This document shows, piece by piece, positions 1 through 10,590 of a DNA stretch of 64,000 nt (positions are counted from its first letter, which is position 1; the number at the start of each line of letters is the position of its first letter). Source of the stretch: an uncultured delta proteobacterium. GTDB taxonomy: Bacteria > Desulfobacterota > Desulfomonilia > UBA1062. A program made the position numbers and the translations under genes. The stretch spans positions 320,001 to 384,000 of the forward strand of contig CAVVYZ010000001.1 of assembly GCA_963752595.1 (NCBI GenBank), written 5' to 3'. Under the pieces are notes generated by a model, which was given only the letters and a program-made list of their open reading frames with translations, was not told the origin of the DNA and made no database searches.

Positions 1-106
1 CCTCTTCCATATGATTGCACTCATAAAGAGACTTCTCCAGCTCAGAGATACGCCGGCGTGCATCGGACAACTCTCTTTTGAGCCGTTCCACGGTCTCTTT
101 TCTCAT
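1..106 (-). CDS. 5' end of a gene running off the window; coiled-coil N-terminus typical of PAS-domain signalling proteins
   Basis: GGGAGG RBS, then ATG at 106. Translates MRKETVERLKRELSDARRRISELEKSLYECNHMEE and stays open to the window edge. Confidence 0.55.
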   Translation of the reverse strand, partial: MRKETVERLKRELSDARRRISELEKSLYECNHMEE

Positions 107-384
107 GGAATACCTCCCATACTGATATCATTAAATACTTCATTAATTATTATAACCGTTCAGTTAGTAATGGCAATTATTCCCCATGTCAATAGCCGGA
201 GCAGCGAGCAGGACCGGGCTATTGGGGCACCTGTATTTTTCATGATGACGGCGGTTGCCTGCAGCAGCATTTTTACCACACCGATATAAAAAATACTTAC
301 AAGCCCCAGGGATTATCGGGAGCATAGATTAAAAAATAGACGCGGGGGAAGCAGCTGCTTCCCCCGGATTATTTGAGATGCCCT

Positions 385-937
385 TTGTCGTCGGTCTTGG
401 CCCGGCCGTCCTCGGTGTCGTTGGACATCACTGGAGCAAAGGCCCGTTGTCCTGATGTCGTTGGAAAAGACTTGCGCGTTGGCCTCCACAACCTGGGCCA
501 TGGCTTCCTTCTGGACAATGGTGAACCCGTACTTGCCGGTAAATTCGGTCCACAGCTCGACCCAGATTTCCTTGCCGTCCTTGATACTTGAAGGTTTCCT
601 TGTTCCTGTCGGCGCCGACGATGGTGCCGCCGATTTTCTGGACCGCATTCTCGTAGTTGCGGCGGATCTGGAGCTCGCTTGGTTTCTGTTTGGCATCACT
701 GTTCGGGTAGAAGGTGATCTTATAGAACTTTCCCTCGACCGAGGTGGTCTTCCCCTTTCCGCTTACGAAATTATAGTCGTCGAACTGCCTCTGATCGCAG
801 TTGTAGGCCCAGGATTCCGGCATCTTGGAAAAGAGCGTAAAGTCCTTGCATTTGGCATTGTCCGTCTGTGCAGCATAAAGGCTGGTTGCCATAAGGAGAA
901 GCAATATGCTCCCCGCAATCGCAGTGATTTTTTTCAT
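385..937 (-). pseudogene. OmpA-family exported protein, frameshifted and internally deleted
   Basis: Signal peptide MKKITAIAGSILLLLMATSLYA. Frameshift near 585 (continues KDGKEIWVELWTEFTGKYGFTIVQKEAM). After NDIRTTG the sequence jumps to FAPVMSNDTEDGRAK, the end of an OmpA C-terminal domain. Confidence 0.65.
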
Positions 938-962
938 GGTCTTCCTCCTCTGGGTTGTTTCT

Positions 963-1345
963 TTAGAATTTGGCCTTGACGAAGTTTTCCAGGATCTCGA
1001 CAGCTGCAGCCCGCGCAGCCTCCCGGCTTATGGATCCGTCGATGTTGACGGTGATCTTGGTGGAATCGGTATGTGCGACACCGATGAGCCATGCCGAGGG
1101 CTTTGATTGTTTGAACTCTTCGGAACAGTCTGTGTAGTAGTCAAATACATGATCGTGCCGCCCTTGACCTTTTCTGTCCTGATCGGGTTCATACTCACGA
1201 GTTTGGAGTTGGGGCCGCGATCCTGATCCCCCTCCTTGCCCCGAAGGTTCTCGAACTTATGTTTTTCATTCTGAATCGTCTGCTGCTCCCCGAATCAACC
1301 TGCATTTTGAGGATGAAACCGTCGCCAGTGTAACGCTGCACATCA
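963..1345 (-). pseudogene. 3' remnant of a hypothetical gene
   Basis: Protein-like segments joined across frameshifts (MNPIRTEKVKGGTIMY/DYYTDCSEEFK...AAAVEILENFVKAKF*) ending at TAA 963-965. No start codon; 5' limit is approximate. Confidence 0.35.
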
Positions 1346-1414
1346 AACGTGGTGTGCACGGTGCCTTCAGTAAGAAGTGGAATTATTGACAAGGGCAAAA
1401 CCCAATTAATCCCC

Positions 1415-2302
1415 TTATCCGTCCTGAGAAGGCCGCTCCTGCTTCGGTCCGGTTCGGCCGGGGAAGAAGGCAAGGATCGGCCCGGGAATAAGATCCGAAG
1501 CCCTGCGGGTGAGCAGCCGCGTGACCGTTGACAGGACCTTCCTGGGAAGGTGCCTTGCAAACACCAGGTAGAAGATCTTGTTGACCAGGCCCGGCACATA
1601 GAGCTCCTCTCCCTTCATGAATGCCTCGACTCCCTGGCGCGTGACCTCTTCGATGCTCATGAAGGAGATCTTCATCGGGATGTAGTCGCTGGGAATGCTT
1701 GCATCTTCGATGAGATGGGTCTTCGTGAACGCAGGGTTGAGCGTGGAGATCACGACCCTGCTTCTCCCCGGCAGCTCTTCGCGCAAGGCCTCGGTCAGGC
1801 TCTGGGTGAAGGCCTTGGTCGCTGCATAGAGGGCCAGCGTGGGCACGGGCTGAAAGGCGGACACCGAGGATACGTTCAGGATGCCGCCTTCATTGCGTTC
1901 GATCATGGCAGGCAGGAAGAGGCGGCTCAGCTTCGCATATGCCATGCAGTTGAGCAGAAGCATGCTCTGGAGGCGATCCAGAGGCATGTCCCGATAATTT
2001 CCGAACCAGCATATCCCGGCATTGTTTACGAGTACATGTATGTCCGCTCCCTCGCCGGCTACCATGGCATGGAGCCTTTCAGGGCCGTCCGGGTCGGTGA
2101 GATCCGCACAGAAGGTCCATGTCTTTATCCCATAGGTATTGCTGAGTCCTTCAGCGCACTTTACCAGGTTTTCTTCTTCTCTCGGATGGTCTGCCAGAAA
2201 AAGGTTGGCCCCTTCACGGGCAAAGCACTCCGCCAGCCCTTTCCCGATGCCCATGGACGAGCCGGTTATGAGTACGTTTTTCCCCTTCACCTGAAGCTTC
2301 AT
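1415..2302 (-). CDS. Short-chain dehydrogenase/reductase (SDR)
   Basis: TGSSMGIG Rossmann motif, NNAG, and YAATK catalytic YxxxK. Confidence 0.92.
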   Translation of the reverse strand: MKLQVKGKNVLITGSSMGIGKGLAECFAREGANLFLADHPREEENLVKCAEGLSNTYGIKTWTFCADLTDPDGPERLHAMVAGEGADIHVLVNNAGICWFGNYRDMPLDRLQSMLLLNCMAYAKLSRLFLPAMIERNEGGILNVSSVSAFQPVPTLALYAATKAFTQSLTEALREELPGRSRVVISTLNPAFTKTHLIEDASIPSDYIPMKISFMSIEEVTRQGVEAFMKGEELYVPGLVNKIFYLVFARHLPRKVLSTVTRLLTRRASDLIPGPILAFFPGRTGPKQERPSQDG

Positions 2303-2339
2303 GCTGCCTCCCTTTCATGAAAAAAATAACACGGATCTT

Positions 2340-3295
2340 TTACCGTTTGAGCCCGGACTCCTTCACGTGCCGGGCAAAGTTATCAAAGGCTTCTCTGGTA
2401 GTGTACCTGAAGCGATAACCGAGCTCTCCCTTCACCTTGGCGTTGCTTGCGATCCAGGGAAAACGGATCATGTTCAGGCATGGGCTGGGGAACTCGGTCA
2501 TGAAGGTGACCCGTAAGTGCCACATGAGATTATTCAGGGGCCACAGGAGCCATACCGGTAGTTTAAGGACATAGCCTCCGAGGATGCGCACCATCTCTTC
2601 AAAATTCATGGTGCCGTCTGCTGCAAGGTTGTAGATGCCCGCTTTCTTTTCCTTAAGCAGGAGTACATGAGCTCCACGAGATCGTCCTCATGGATAAACT
2701 GGAAGGGTGCAGTTTTGAGCGGCATGATGCAGATCTTTTTGCAGAGGTGCCGGGCCAGGGGGTTGGTGAACCCTGGTCCGCAGACGAAACAGGGGCGGAC
2801 GGTAATCAGGCGGATCTCCGGGTGCTCTTTCTCGAACTGGAACGTCCACTGCCCCAGCTCCCGCTTGTTTTTTGCATAGGTGAAGTCTTCGTTCCCCTTA
2901 AGCGGACTCTCCTCGGTCAGGAGCGTCGGGTTGTCGGGATGGAAGCCGTAGGCCGTGGTCGAGGAGCAGTCGAGAATCTCCCTCACCCCGTATCGGGCAG
3001 CCGTATTCATGACATTCTTCGTCCCGTTTATATTGATGTCCTCCATCAGTGCGACATCATGGATGGGGGGCAGGATGTATGCCGTATGGATAACGCAGTC
3101 GATGTCACTTCCCTCGAACACCGGTTTCAGATCATCCCGGACGTCGCACCTGATGAATGTGAACTTGGGCGAGCCGCCCGAAGGCGGCCTGATGTCGATC
3201 CCGGTGATACGCTCCACCTCGGGCCTTGACTGGAAGAACGACACCAGCTTCTGCCCGAAATAGCCCGAAGCCCCTGTGATGAGGATATACTTCAT
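2340..3295 (-). CDS. NAD-dependent epimerase/dehydratase (extended SDR), frameshifted near 2662
   Basis: TGASGYFG, YAKNK, FIHEDD. Restoring one base gives ...LLKEKKAGIYNLAADGTMNFEEMV, joining ORFs 2606-3295 and 2340-2609. Confidence 0.8.
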
Positions 3296-3362
3296 GGGAA
3301 TTCCCCAATTTATCCAATATATGCATCCTGCTTAAAAAAGCCATAGTTCATTCAGCCGGTGC

Positions 3363-5816
3363 TCACTCGATCCAGGTCACCTTGGGAAGCTCGCGGTCTA
3401 CGGGCTTGTCCGTGGGCACTGCCGGGTATCCGAGCGTCAGGACTGCACCGACCTTATCGTACGGCCATTCGATCCCGAGCCTCTTGTGGAATTTACTTTT
3501 TGTGCGCGGGTCGAGGTTCAGGGCATTGGATACGAATCCCACATAACAGGTACCCAGCCCCAGCGAATGAGCTGCGAGAACCATGTTCTGCCCGCAGATC
3601 CCTATCCCGAGGTCAGGCTCCGAGATATGGAGGTGGTGCTTCAGGAGGAATATGGCGGCCGGCGCATTGAAGAAGGCGTCAAGCCGGCCTTCGCCGAATT
3701 TGGGCGTGATGAGGGCCTGGATGGCACACATGGGCCGCTGGTCGATGGAGTTGGGCTTGATGAAGGCGAGCGATTTCTTGAGTGCGGTCCTCGCCACGCC
3801 CTTGCCCTGGTAGAGCTTCGTGAAGAGGCCGAGGAAGCCGACGGTGGCGGTAGAAAGCTCATCCAGGAGCTTCCTGTCGGTCACGACCACGAATTTCCAG
3901 CCCTGGCAGTTTCCTGCCGATGGTGCGAACCTTCCCGCTTCCAGAACCCGGTGGATCATCTCTCTGGGAACCGCGTCCGGCTTGTAGACCCGTAACGATC
4001 TGCGGCTGTAGATCACTTTCTCCACATCCGTGAGCTGTGACTGTATCTCGGAGAAGGGGAGGGGATTGTCCAGCATGAGCGGGTTCGGTATGCCTTTGCC
4101 GGTCTCGGGATAGTCGAAGTCGTAAGCCCATCTCCCCTTGTCCACCCGGTAGAAGTTGGGGAAGGAGAGAGCGCCCTGCGGGCAGATCGCCTCGCAGCTG
4201 TGGCATGCGATGCAGATTTTTCCGAAATAGGGCATGCCCGTGAATTTGGGCTCTTGCAGCCCGCATCCGAGGCAGCGGCTGCTCTCCGTGCCTGCCTGCT
4301 CAGGATTCAAGGGTTGTGCGACCTCTGCATCGGGATGCTCGAACCTCTTTGCCGCATCCAGATTCTTTGCCTCGTTCCGTTCCGCCTTTTTCCGGTCATT
4401 GAGCGGGACATCCCCGTAGGATATCTCCTTTTTCTCGGGAAGCCCTATGTGGCTGCCGTTCATGAACGCATCTATGGCCAGGGCGGCCTTCATGCCGGAG
4501 CCGATGGCCTCGGAGACCAGGCCGGGGCCCTGGGCGGCATCTCCGCCCCCGAAGATCCCCTCGTGCGGGGTGCGGCCCATGGCATCCACACCGATCCAGG
4601 ACGATCCGAGAACTTTCTCGAATCCCTGGCCGGCAAGCTCCTGCCCGACAGAGGCAATTACCGTGTCGATGTCCGTATCGAACTCACTCCCCTGAACCGG
4701 GACCGGCCTCGGCCTTCCCGAATCGTCGGGATCTCCGAGCTCCATCCTGAGGCTGGTGAGCTTTGCCTTTCCATCTGCAGAGAACCTGACCGGGGCGCAC
4801 AGGTATGCGATCTTTACGCCTTCGTCCCGGGCAGCTTGAATCTCATCCGGGTGGGCGGGCATCTGGGCTTCGGCCCTGCGGTAGAAGACGGTCACCTCCG
4901 AGCCTGTCCTGCGGGCGGAGCGGGCTGCATCGATGGCCGTATTTCCTCCGCCGATCACTGCGACCCTCTTTCCGAGCTTCAGGGGCTTGTTTTCCTTAAC
5001 CGACCTGAGGAAGGCAAGTCCGGAAAAAACCCTTTCAGCCTCCTCGCCGGGGATACCAAGTGCCGTGCCGTTCTGGGCGCCCGGCGCCACATACACTGCA
5101 CTGTATTCCTTCTTCAGCTTGTCCAGATTGATGTCTCTGCCCACGGTGACGCCCATCTTCATGGTGACGCCGAGGTCGACGATCCGTCCGATCTCCTTGT
5201 CCACAACGTTTTCGGGCAGCCGGTAGAGGGGAATTGCGTGTGCGAGCATGCCGCCCGGCTTATCTGCAGAATCGAGCACGGTCACCCGGTACCCCATCCC
5301 GGCGAGGTGGTAGGCGCAGGACAGGCCTGACGGGCCCGAACCTACCACGGCGACATGTTCCTTTCTGATCTTTGCAGGCTTTTCGAACTTCAGCCCCCGG
5401 GCGAGGCCATAGTCTCCCACGGTCCGTTCGATGCCATGGACGTTAACCGCACTGTCCACTCCCAGGCGGTTGCACGACCCTTCGCAGGGATGCGGGCAGA
5501 CTCTGCCCGTAACGGCGGGAAAAGGATTTGTTCGGGTGATGATCTTCCAGGCGTCTTCGAGGGTGCCCCCTGAAGAGAGGACCTGAAGATACCCGCGGAT
5601 ATCCGTTCCCGCAGGGCAGTGATAGGAGCAGGACGGCTGCTGCTTTTGCGATGCTTCTTTTCTGGGCGTCATCTCCAGGGTCTGACAGGGGCACTGCTTG
5701 ATGCACACGCCGCAACCGATGCACTTGTCGCCGTCAACCGTTATGGAAAACGGGCGTGTGGTGACCGGGGGATCGTTCAGATACCGGAATTTGCTCGACT
5801 CGAAATCTTGCGACAT
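3363..5816 (-). CDS. Fusion oxidoreductase: split 2x[4Fe-4S] ferredoxin + GltD/SudA-like FAD/NAD(P)H module + nitroreductase domain
   Basis: AGGAGG RBS before ATG 5816. Motifs: CIGCGVCIKQCP; CSYHCP, TGRVCPHPCEGSC, GSGPSG, GGGNTAID; CIACHSCEAICP; RRSLR...APSAGNCQGW...LAAHSLGLGTC. Confidence 0.85.
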   Translation of the reverse strand: MSQDFESSKFRYLNDPPVTTRPFSITVDGDKCIGCGVCIKQCPCQTLEMTPRKEASQKQQPSCSYHCPAGTDIRGYLQVLSSGGTLEDAWKIITRTNPFPAVTGRVCPHPCEGSCNRLGVDSAVNVHGIERTVGDYGLARGLKFEKPAKIRKEHVAVVGSGPSGLSCAYHLAGMGYRVTVLDSADKPGGMLAHAIPLYRLPENVVDKEIGRIVDLGVTMKMGVTVGRDINLDKLKKEYSAVYVAPGAQNGTALGIPGEEAERVFSGLAFLRSVKENKPLKLGKRVAVIGGGNTAIDAARSARRTGSEVTVFYRRAEAQMPAHPDEIQAARDEGVKIAYLCAPVRFSADGKAKLTSLRMELGDPDDSGRPRPVPVQGSEFDTDIDTVIASVGQELAGQGFEKVLGSSWIGVDAMGRTPHEGIFGGGDAAQGPGLVSEAIGSGMKAALAIDAFMNGSHIGLPEKKEISYGDVPLNDRKKAERNEAKNLDAAKRFEHPDAEVAQPLNPEQAGTESSRCLGCGLQEPKFTGMPYFGKICIACHSCEAICPQGALSFPNFYRVDKGRWAYDFDYPETGKGIPNPLMLDNPLPFSEIQSQLTDVEKVIYSRRSLRVYKPDAVPREMIHRVLEAGRFAPSAGNCQGWKFVVVTDRKLLDELSTATVGFLGLFTKLYQGKGVARTALKKSLAFIKPNSIDQRPMCAIQALITPKFGEGRLDAFFNAPAAIFLLKHHLHISEPDLGIGICGQNMVLAAHSLGLGTCYVGFVSNALNLDPRTKSKFHKRLGIEWPYDKVGAVLTLGYPAVPTDKPVDRELPKVTWIE

Positions 5817-5839
5817 TGACATTACCTCCTTTTTTAACT

Positions 5840-7078
5840 TCAGACCCTTTCCAGGAGATGGATCGTCATGGAAGCCTCTTCCACTCCCAGGTTGCCGCCG
5901 CCGTTCTCGGTGAGGCCGATCCTCGCTCCCTGGACCTGGCGTTTCCCGGCCTCTCCCCTGAGCTGCGTTACCACCTCGTAGAACTGGGCGAGCCCGGACG
6001 CACCGATGGGATGTCCCCGGCATTCCAGGCCGCCGCTCGTGTTCACCGGGATCTTCCCGCCAAGGACAGTTGCTCCGGATTCAGCGAGGATTCCTCCTTC
6101 ACCCGGCGCACAGAAGCCCATGGCCTCATACTGGTGCAGCTCGCCGTAGGCAGTGGCGTCGTGAAGCTCGGCAAGATCGATGTCATCCGGCCCGAGGCCG
6201 GCGATCTCGTAGGCCTGTTTCGAGAGCCTCTCACCGATATCGATGCCATCGATGTCGCGGTCGGTCCCCGAGCCCAGCACCGAGGCCATGATCCGGACAG
6301 GCCGGCTATTTTTGAGCTTCTTCAGGTAATTCTCCGAGCAGATGATGGCGGCAGCCGCACCGTCTCCTATAGGCGCGCACATGGGCACGGTCAGCGGATA
6401 GGTTACGGGCCGGGCGTTCATGACCTCGTCTACGGTCATGGTTTCCTGGTATTGCGCCTTGGGGTTCAGCGACCCATGAAAGTGGTTCTTGGAGCAGATC
6501 ACTGCGAGCTGCTGCTTTGTCGATCCGTACTTCTTCATATGCCATCTGGCACCCATGGCATAGGCATCCATGAAAATGCTCCTGCCCTCGCCGGGAGGCG
6601 TTTCGCCGGCAGGCAGTTTGAAGTCGAGCTTCTTGTTGAGCTCCATGAACATGTTGATGTGCTGCTCGAAGTTCTCCACGTCCATGCACGTGGCATAGGC
6701 GCTGAATGACATTGCCTTGTTCTCATGGGTGATCTTTTCCGAGCCCATGGCCAGCACCACATCGTACATCCCGGACCTGACGGCCGTATATCCCAGGTGG
6801 AAGGCGGTCGAGGCACCTGCGCATGCATTCTCGCAGTTTACGATGGGGATGCCCCTGATCCCCGCATCCCAGAGCATGACCTCGCCCCGTATGGAATGCT
6901 GGTTCGCGAACATGCCCCAGAAGGTATTGGACACATAGGCCGCCTGGATGTCCTTCCGGGCGAGCCCTGCATCGGCCAGTACCAGGTCCACGGCTTCCTT
7001 GGCCATACCTCTTACCGATCCGCTGAGATACTTGCCGAACCGGGTCATGCCGACGCCGATAACGTATACATTACTCAT
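5840..7078 (-). CDS. Thiolase family protein (SCP2-thiolase/lipid-transfer type)
   Basis: GVGMTRFGK, NACAGAS (catalytic Cys region), ELHDA, GHPIGASG. Confidence 0.88.
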   Translation of the reverse strand: MSNVYVIGVGMTRFGKYLSGSVRGMAKEAVDLVLADAGLARKDIQAAYVSNTFWGMFANQHSIRGEVMLWDAGIRGIPIVNCENACAGASTAFHLGYTAVRSGMYDVVLAMGSEKITHENKAMSFSAYATCMDVENFEQHINMFMELNKKLDFKLPAGETPPGEGRSIFMDAYAMGARWHMKKYGSTKQQLAVICSKNHFHGSLNPKAQYQETMTVDEVMNARPVTYPLTVPMCAPIGDGAAAAIICSENYLKKLKNSRPVRIMASVLGSGTDRDIDGIDIGERLSKQAYEIAGLGPDDIDLAELHDATAYGELHQYEAMGFCAPGEGGILAESGATVLGGKIPVNTSGGLECRGHPIGASGLAQFYEVVTQLRGEAGKRQVQGARIGLTENGGGNLGVEEASMTIHLLERV

Positions 7079-7160
7079 GCATAACTCCTTTGTTGTGATG
7101 GATTGATGCAACACTCCCGTACGAATGGCCCCGAGGGGGCTTTCCCCTGATCAGCCATAC

Positions 7161-8426
7161 TCAGTAGGGTTTCTCCCCGAAGAGTATCTCGTGGCCGATG
7201 GCGAGGCCTAAGGTCTCGTTGGAACCGTCCTCGATCCTGGTCGAGGTGATATCCCGGAAGAGCTTCTCGATGACGTACTCCTTGGATAGCCCGTTTCCGC
7301 CGAATATCTGCAGCGCCTGCTGCGCCACCTCGAAGGCCATGCGCGAGCAGAACACCTTGGACGCCATGGAATAGGTGGTATGCGGCGGGAAGCTCCAGAG
7401 ATTGTAGTTCATGACGTTCCGGGAGAGCTGCCTGGAGGCTTCGATATTGATAAACATGTCTGAGAGCCTTCTCATGACGTCCTGGTGCTTGCAGAGGAGC
7501 TTTCCTCCCTGGACCCTTTCCTTGGTGTAGGACAGCGTCTCCTCGAAGGCAGCCCTGGCGCCTCCGAGGCACATGATGGCCATGTGGGCGTTCGCCGCTC
7601 CCAGGACCAGGTCGGTCATCTGCTCATAGGCGCTTGCATCGCAGATGATCCGTTCCTTCGGGACCCGGACGTCGTCAAAGTAGAGTTCTCCCTGGGGAAG
7701 ATCCCGCTGGCCGATTTTATCAAGGGCTTTTCCCCTCGAGACCCCCGGTACCGTGAGGTCGGCGATGGCGATACCCCCGCCTGCGAGACCCATGGATGAA
7801 TCGGTGCCGAAGAACAGGAGCGCCGTGGATGCCGTGGTGCCGTTTGATACCCAGGCAGCCTTCTGACCGTTGAGTATCCAGTCGTCTCCATCCTTTCTAC
7901 CCACGAGCTGGTGGCTGATCTTGGGGTTGTGGAAATGGGGCTGATACGGTGTGAGCATGTCAGAGCCGTGCTCGGGCTCTGTGATGGCCCAGCACCCGAG
8001 GAGCGAGCAGTCCCGGTCGGCCACGTAGGGCCTGATGACCATATCCTCGAGCTCGGGATAGTCTGAAAGGATCATCGAGGTAAAGAACGAGGGAAAGACA
8101 TCCACGCCGCACGCAACGGCAAGCCCTATGCTCCCTGCAGCCATCTCTTCAAAGAAGATGTGGAGACCCAGGGGGTCGAGCCCGATGCCGCCCATCTCCT
8201 CGGGGATGAATATGGTGTGGTAGCCGAGCTCGTGCATCTTTCTCATGCACGACCAGTACGGCGAGCCTTGCTTGGCCACATCCACTGCGCTCATCTTGTC
8301 GAGCTCGATGGATGCCGGCCTCACGACCTCTGAGGCGAACTTTCTGACCGACTTCTTCAATGCCTCGTGGTCTTCGTTCAAACTGATCTGGTCTGAAACC
8401 TGCAAATCAACAAAATCATATGCCAT
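7161..8426 (-). CDS. Acyl-CoA dehydrogenase
   Basis: WAITEPEHGSD, LNGQKAWVSNG, QIFGGNG, EKLFRD. Confidence 0.93.
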   Translation of the reverse strand: MAYDFVDLQVSDQISLNEDHEALKKSVRKFASEVVRPASIELDKMSAVDVAKQGSPYWSCMRKMHELGYHTIFIPEEMGGIGLDPLGLHIFFEEMAAGSIGLAVACGVDVFPSFFTSMILSDYPELEDMVIRPYVADRDCSLLGCWAITEPEHGSDMLTPYQPHFHNPKISHQLVGRKDGDDWILNGQKAAWVSNGTTASTALLFFGTDSSMGLAGGGIAIADLTVPGVSRGKALDKIGQRDLPQGELYFDDVRVPKERIICDASAYEQMTDLVLGAANAHMAIMCLGGARAAFEETLSYTKERVQGGKLLCKHQDVMRRLSDMFINIEASRQLSRNVMNYNLWSFPPHTTYSMASKVFCSRMAFEVAQQALQIFGGNGLSKEYVIEKLFRDITSTRIEDGSNETLGLAIGHEILFGEKPY

Positions 8427-8464
8427 GGTATCCGCTCCTTATTGTGTGGTGATGCAGCCCTTCG

Positions 8465-10063
8465 TTACATGCGAAAGACATTGGATGCGCCCTTGCTGAA
8501 CTCGTCGCGCAGAACACGGTCGAGGTTCTTTTCCGATGCGGTTTTGGGAATTTCGGCCACCACCTGGAGAAACTGGGGGATGAAGCTCTTCTCCAGTACC
8601 CGGCCGAGATCGGCAGCAACCTTTCTATGGTCGATTGCCATCCCTGTAGCCGGCACGATGGCGGCGACGATGTCGCTCTCGCCCGGTGCCCCTGACTCGG
8701 CGGGTATCCCGTATACGCAGACGTCGGTTATTTCGGGGAGATCAGCCAGCGCCTTCTCGACATACTCGGGCAGGATGAAATCACCATGACGCCTCAGGCC
8801 GCCACCCTTTCTGTAGTCGAAGAACAGCCAGCCGTCCTTGTCCTTGTGGCACATGTCGCCCGTTCTGAGCACGCCTCCGCGGGTCTTCTCCTCCGAGGCC
8901 TTCTTCTTGCCCAGGTACTCCACCTCCACCTTGCCCTGCTTCTGGGCTACCACGAGCTCGCCGATCTCACCCGGCTCGCACTCGGAATCGTCATCCCGCA
9001 CGATCCTCGTATCCATGACCCCTTCGATGGGTTTGCCGAAAGACCCGATAGGCCCGGTTCCCGGTGCGTTGTGTGCAAAGCCCCCCTCAACGGCTCCGTA
9101 CCATTCGTGAATCTTCACATCGAAGCGGTTCTCGAAGTCCTCCCAGATACTCATGGGAGTGCCTGCGCTCAGGACCTTGCGGACCGGGTTGTCTGCATCT
9201 TCCGGATTTCTCGGCTCGCTGTAGATGCCCATCATCATGCCTCCCAGAAGCGAGAACGACGTGCAGCCGTATTTTCTGCATATGTCCCACAGCCTGCTCT
9301 TGGTGAACTTGCGGCTGATGACCGAGGGGATGTTCAGTACGAGGGAAGGCACCAGGGTCACGGACTGGGCATTGCCGTGGGTCAGGGATAGGCCGGTATA
9401 GAGCTTGTCTTCCGCGGTGTACTGCCAGATGAACTGGGCGAGCATCGTGAACATGGGAAGCCTGCCGCCCTTTATGACCACACCCTTGGGGTCGCCCGTG
9501 GTCCCCGAGGTGTAGATGACCTCGAAGGGTATGTTCACCTCTTTGTTGACAGCATCGGGCAGCCCGCGATCAGGACCATCGAGTATCTCGTTGAAGGAGG
9601 GATATTTCTCCGGGGCAGCCTTTCCAAAGCCTTCCTTTGATAAGACGCCGATCACATTCACATCCGGAAGTTGGGACAAAGACTTCTCCACATCGTCCAT
9701 GAATTCGGCAGTGAATATGATGCCCTTGGAATTGGAATCCCTGATCTGATAGCTGAGCTTGCTCCCCTTGGAGCGCGGATCGATGGGCACCACGACGGCC
9801 CCGGTAATGGATGCCGCAAGCATAGTATAGAGAAATTCCGGGTGGTTGCGCATGACGAGGCTGAAACGGTCGCCTTTGCCGATGCCTGCCTTCTGCAGGC
9901 CACGTGCTGCCTTGCAGCTCTTCAGGAACAGATCGCCGTACGTGACGACCTCATCTGCCAGGCCTTCTCCGTTCTCGAAGGTAACGATCTGCAAATCGGG
10001 AAACGCCTCGGCCTTTGCCCGGATCTCGTCCCAGAACAAACCGGCTGTACACTCTTCAGACAT
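8465..10063 (-). CDS. AMP-forming acyl-CoA synthetase (CaiC-like)
   Basis: YTSGTTGDPKG, YGAVEG, RTGD, IPKTASEK. Confidence 0.92.
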   Translation of the reverse strand: MSEECTAGLFWDEIRAKAEAFPDLQIVTFENGEGLADEVVTYGDLFLKSCKAARGLQKAGIGKGDRFSLVMRNHPEFLYTMLAASITGAVVVPIDPRSKGSKLSYQIRDSNSKGIIFTAEFMDDVEKSLSQLPDVNVIGVLSKEGFGKAAPEKYPSFNEILDGPDRGLPDAVNKEVNIPFEVIYTSGTTGDPKGVVIKGGRLPMFTMLAQFIWQYTAEDKLYTGLSLTHGNAQSVTLVPSLVLNIPSVISRKFTKSRLWDICRKYGCTSFSLLGGMMMGIYSEPRNPEDADNPVRKVLSAGTPMSIWEDFENRFDVKIHEWYGAVEGGFAHNAPGTGPIGSFGKPIEGVMDTRIVRDDDSECEPGEIGELVVAQKQGKVEVEYLGKKKASEEKTRGGVLRTGDMCHKDKDGWLFFDYRKGGGLRRHGDFILPEYVEKALADLPEITDVCVYGIPAESGAPGESDIVAAIVPATGMAIDHRKVAADLGRVLEKSFIPQFLQVVAEIPKTASEKNLDRVLRDEFSKGASNVFRM

Positions 10064-10118
10064 ACGACCTCCTTGTTTCTTGGTGTTGGAAAATGTATGG
10101 AAAGCTCTGATGCAGGCC

Positions 10119-10502
10119 CTAGATGCCGTGTTTTTTCATGTACTCCGGGTACATCTCATATGCGGGCTTCAACATCGGCAGGAGCTTCATGACCTTGGCG
10201 ATATTCCCTTTTGACCTGATCTGCCTTTTCGCGAGCGCGATGGGCAGGTTGAGCTCTTTTTTCCAGAAAGCATGACACGTATCTCCGGAGAGCTGCATGG
10301 TGATGTCTGCCTTCAGGTTCTGCTCCCCGAATTCGATGCCGTCCGGGCCTACCCAGAGCACTGCGGCCGGGTCGGAGATCTCGAACTTCAGCTGGATGGA
10401 TGCGTTCTTCACCGCACTGTTGAAATCCGGCCTTTCATACAGTGCCTTCCAGAAGCCGCCCAGGACCTCGTACAGGTTATCCGTATTCTTGAATACCGCC
10501 AT
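10119..10502 (-). CDS. SCP2 sterol/lipid-binding domain protein
   Basis: 127 aa with SCP2-like C-terminus LNLPIALAKRQIRSKGNIAKVMKL; first gene of a lipid operon. Confidence 0.75.
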   Translation of the reverse strand: MAVFKNTDNLYEVLGGFWKALYERPDFNSAVKNASIQLKFEISDPAAVLWVGPDGIEFGEQNLKADITMQLSGDTCHAFWKKELNLPIALAKRQIRSKGNIAKVMKLLPMLKPAYEMYPEYMKKHGI

Positions 10503-10590
10503 GATAAACCCCCTTTGATGTGTAAATGACTTATTGTCTTACAATTTTAGTGCTGGCCCCGAGGGTAATATGGGCGGGATTTTGAAACAA

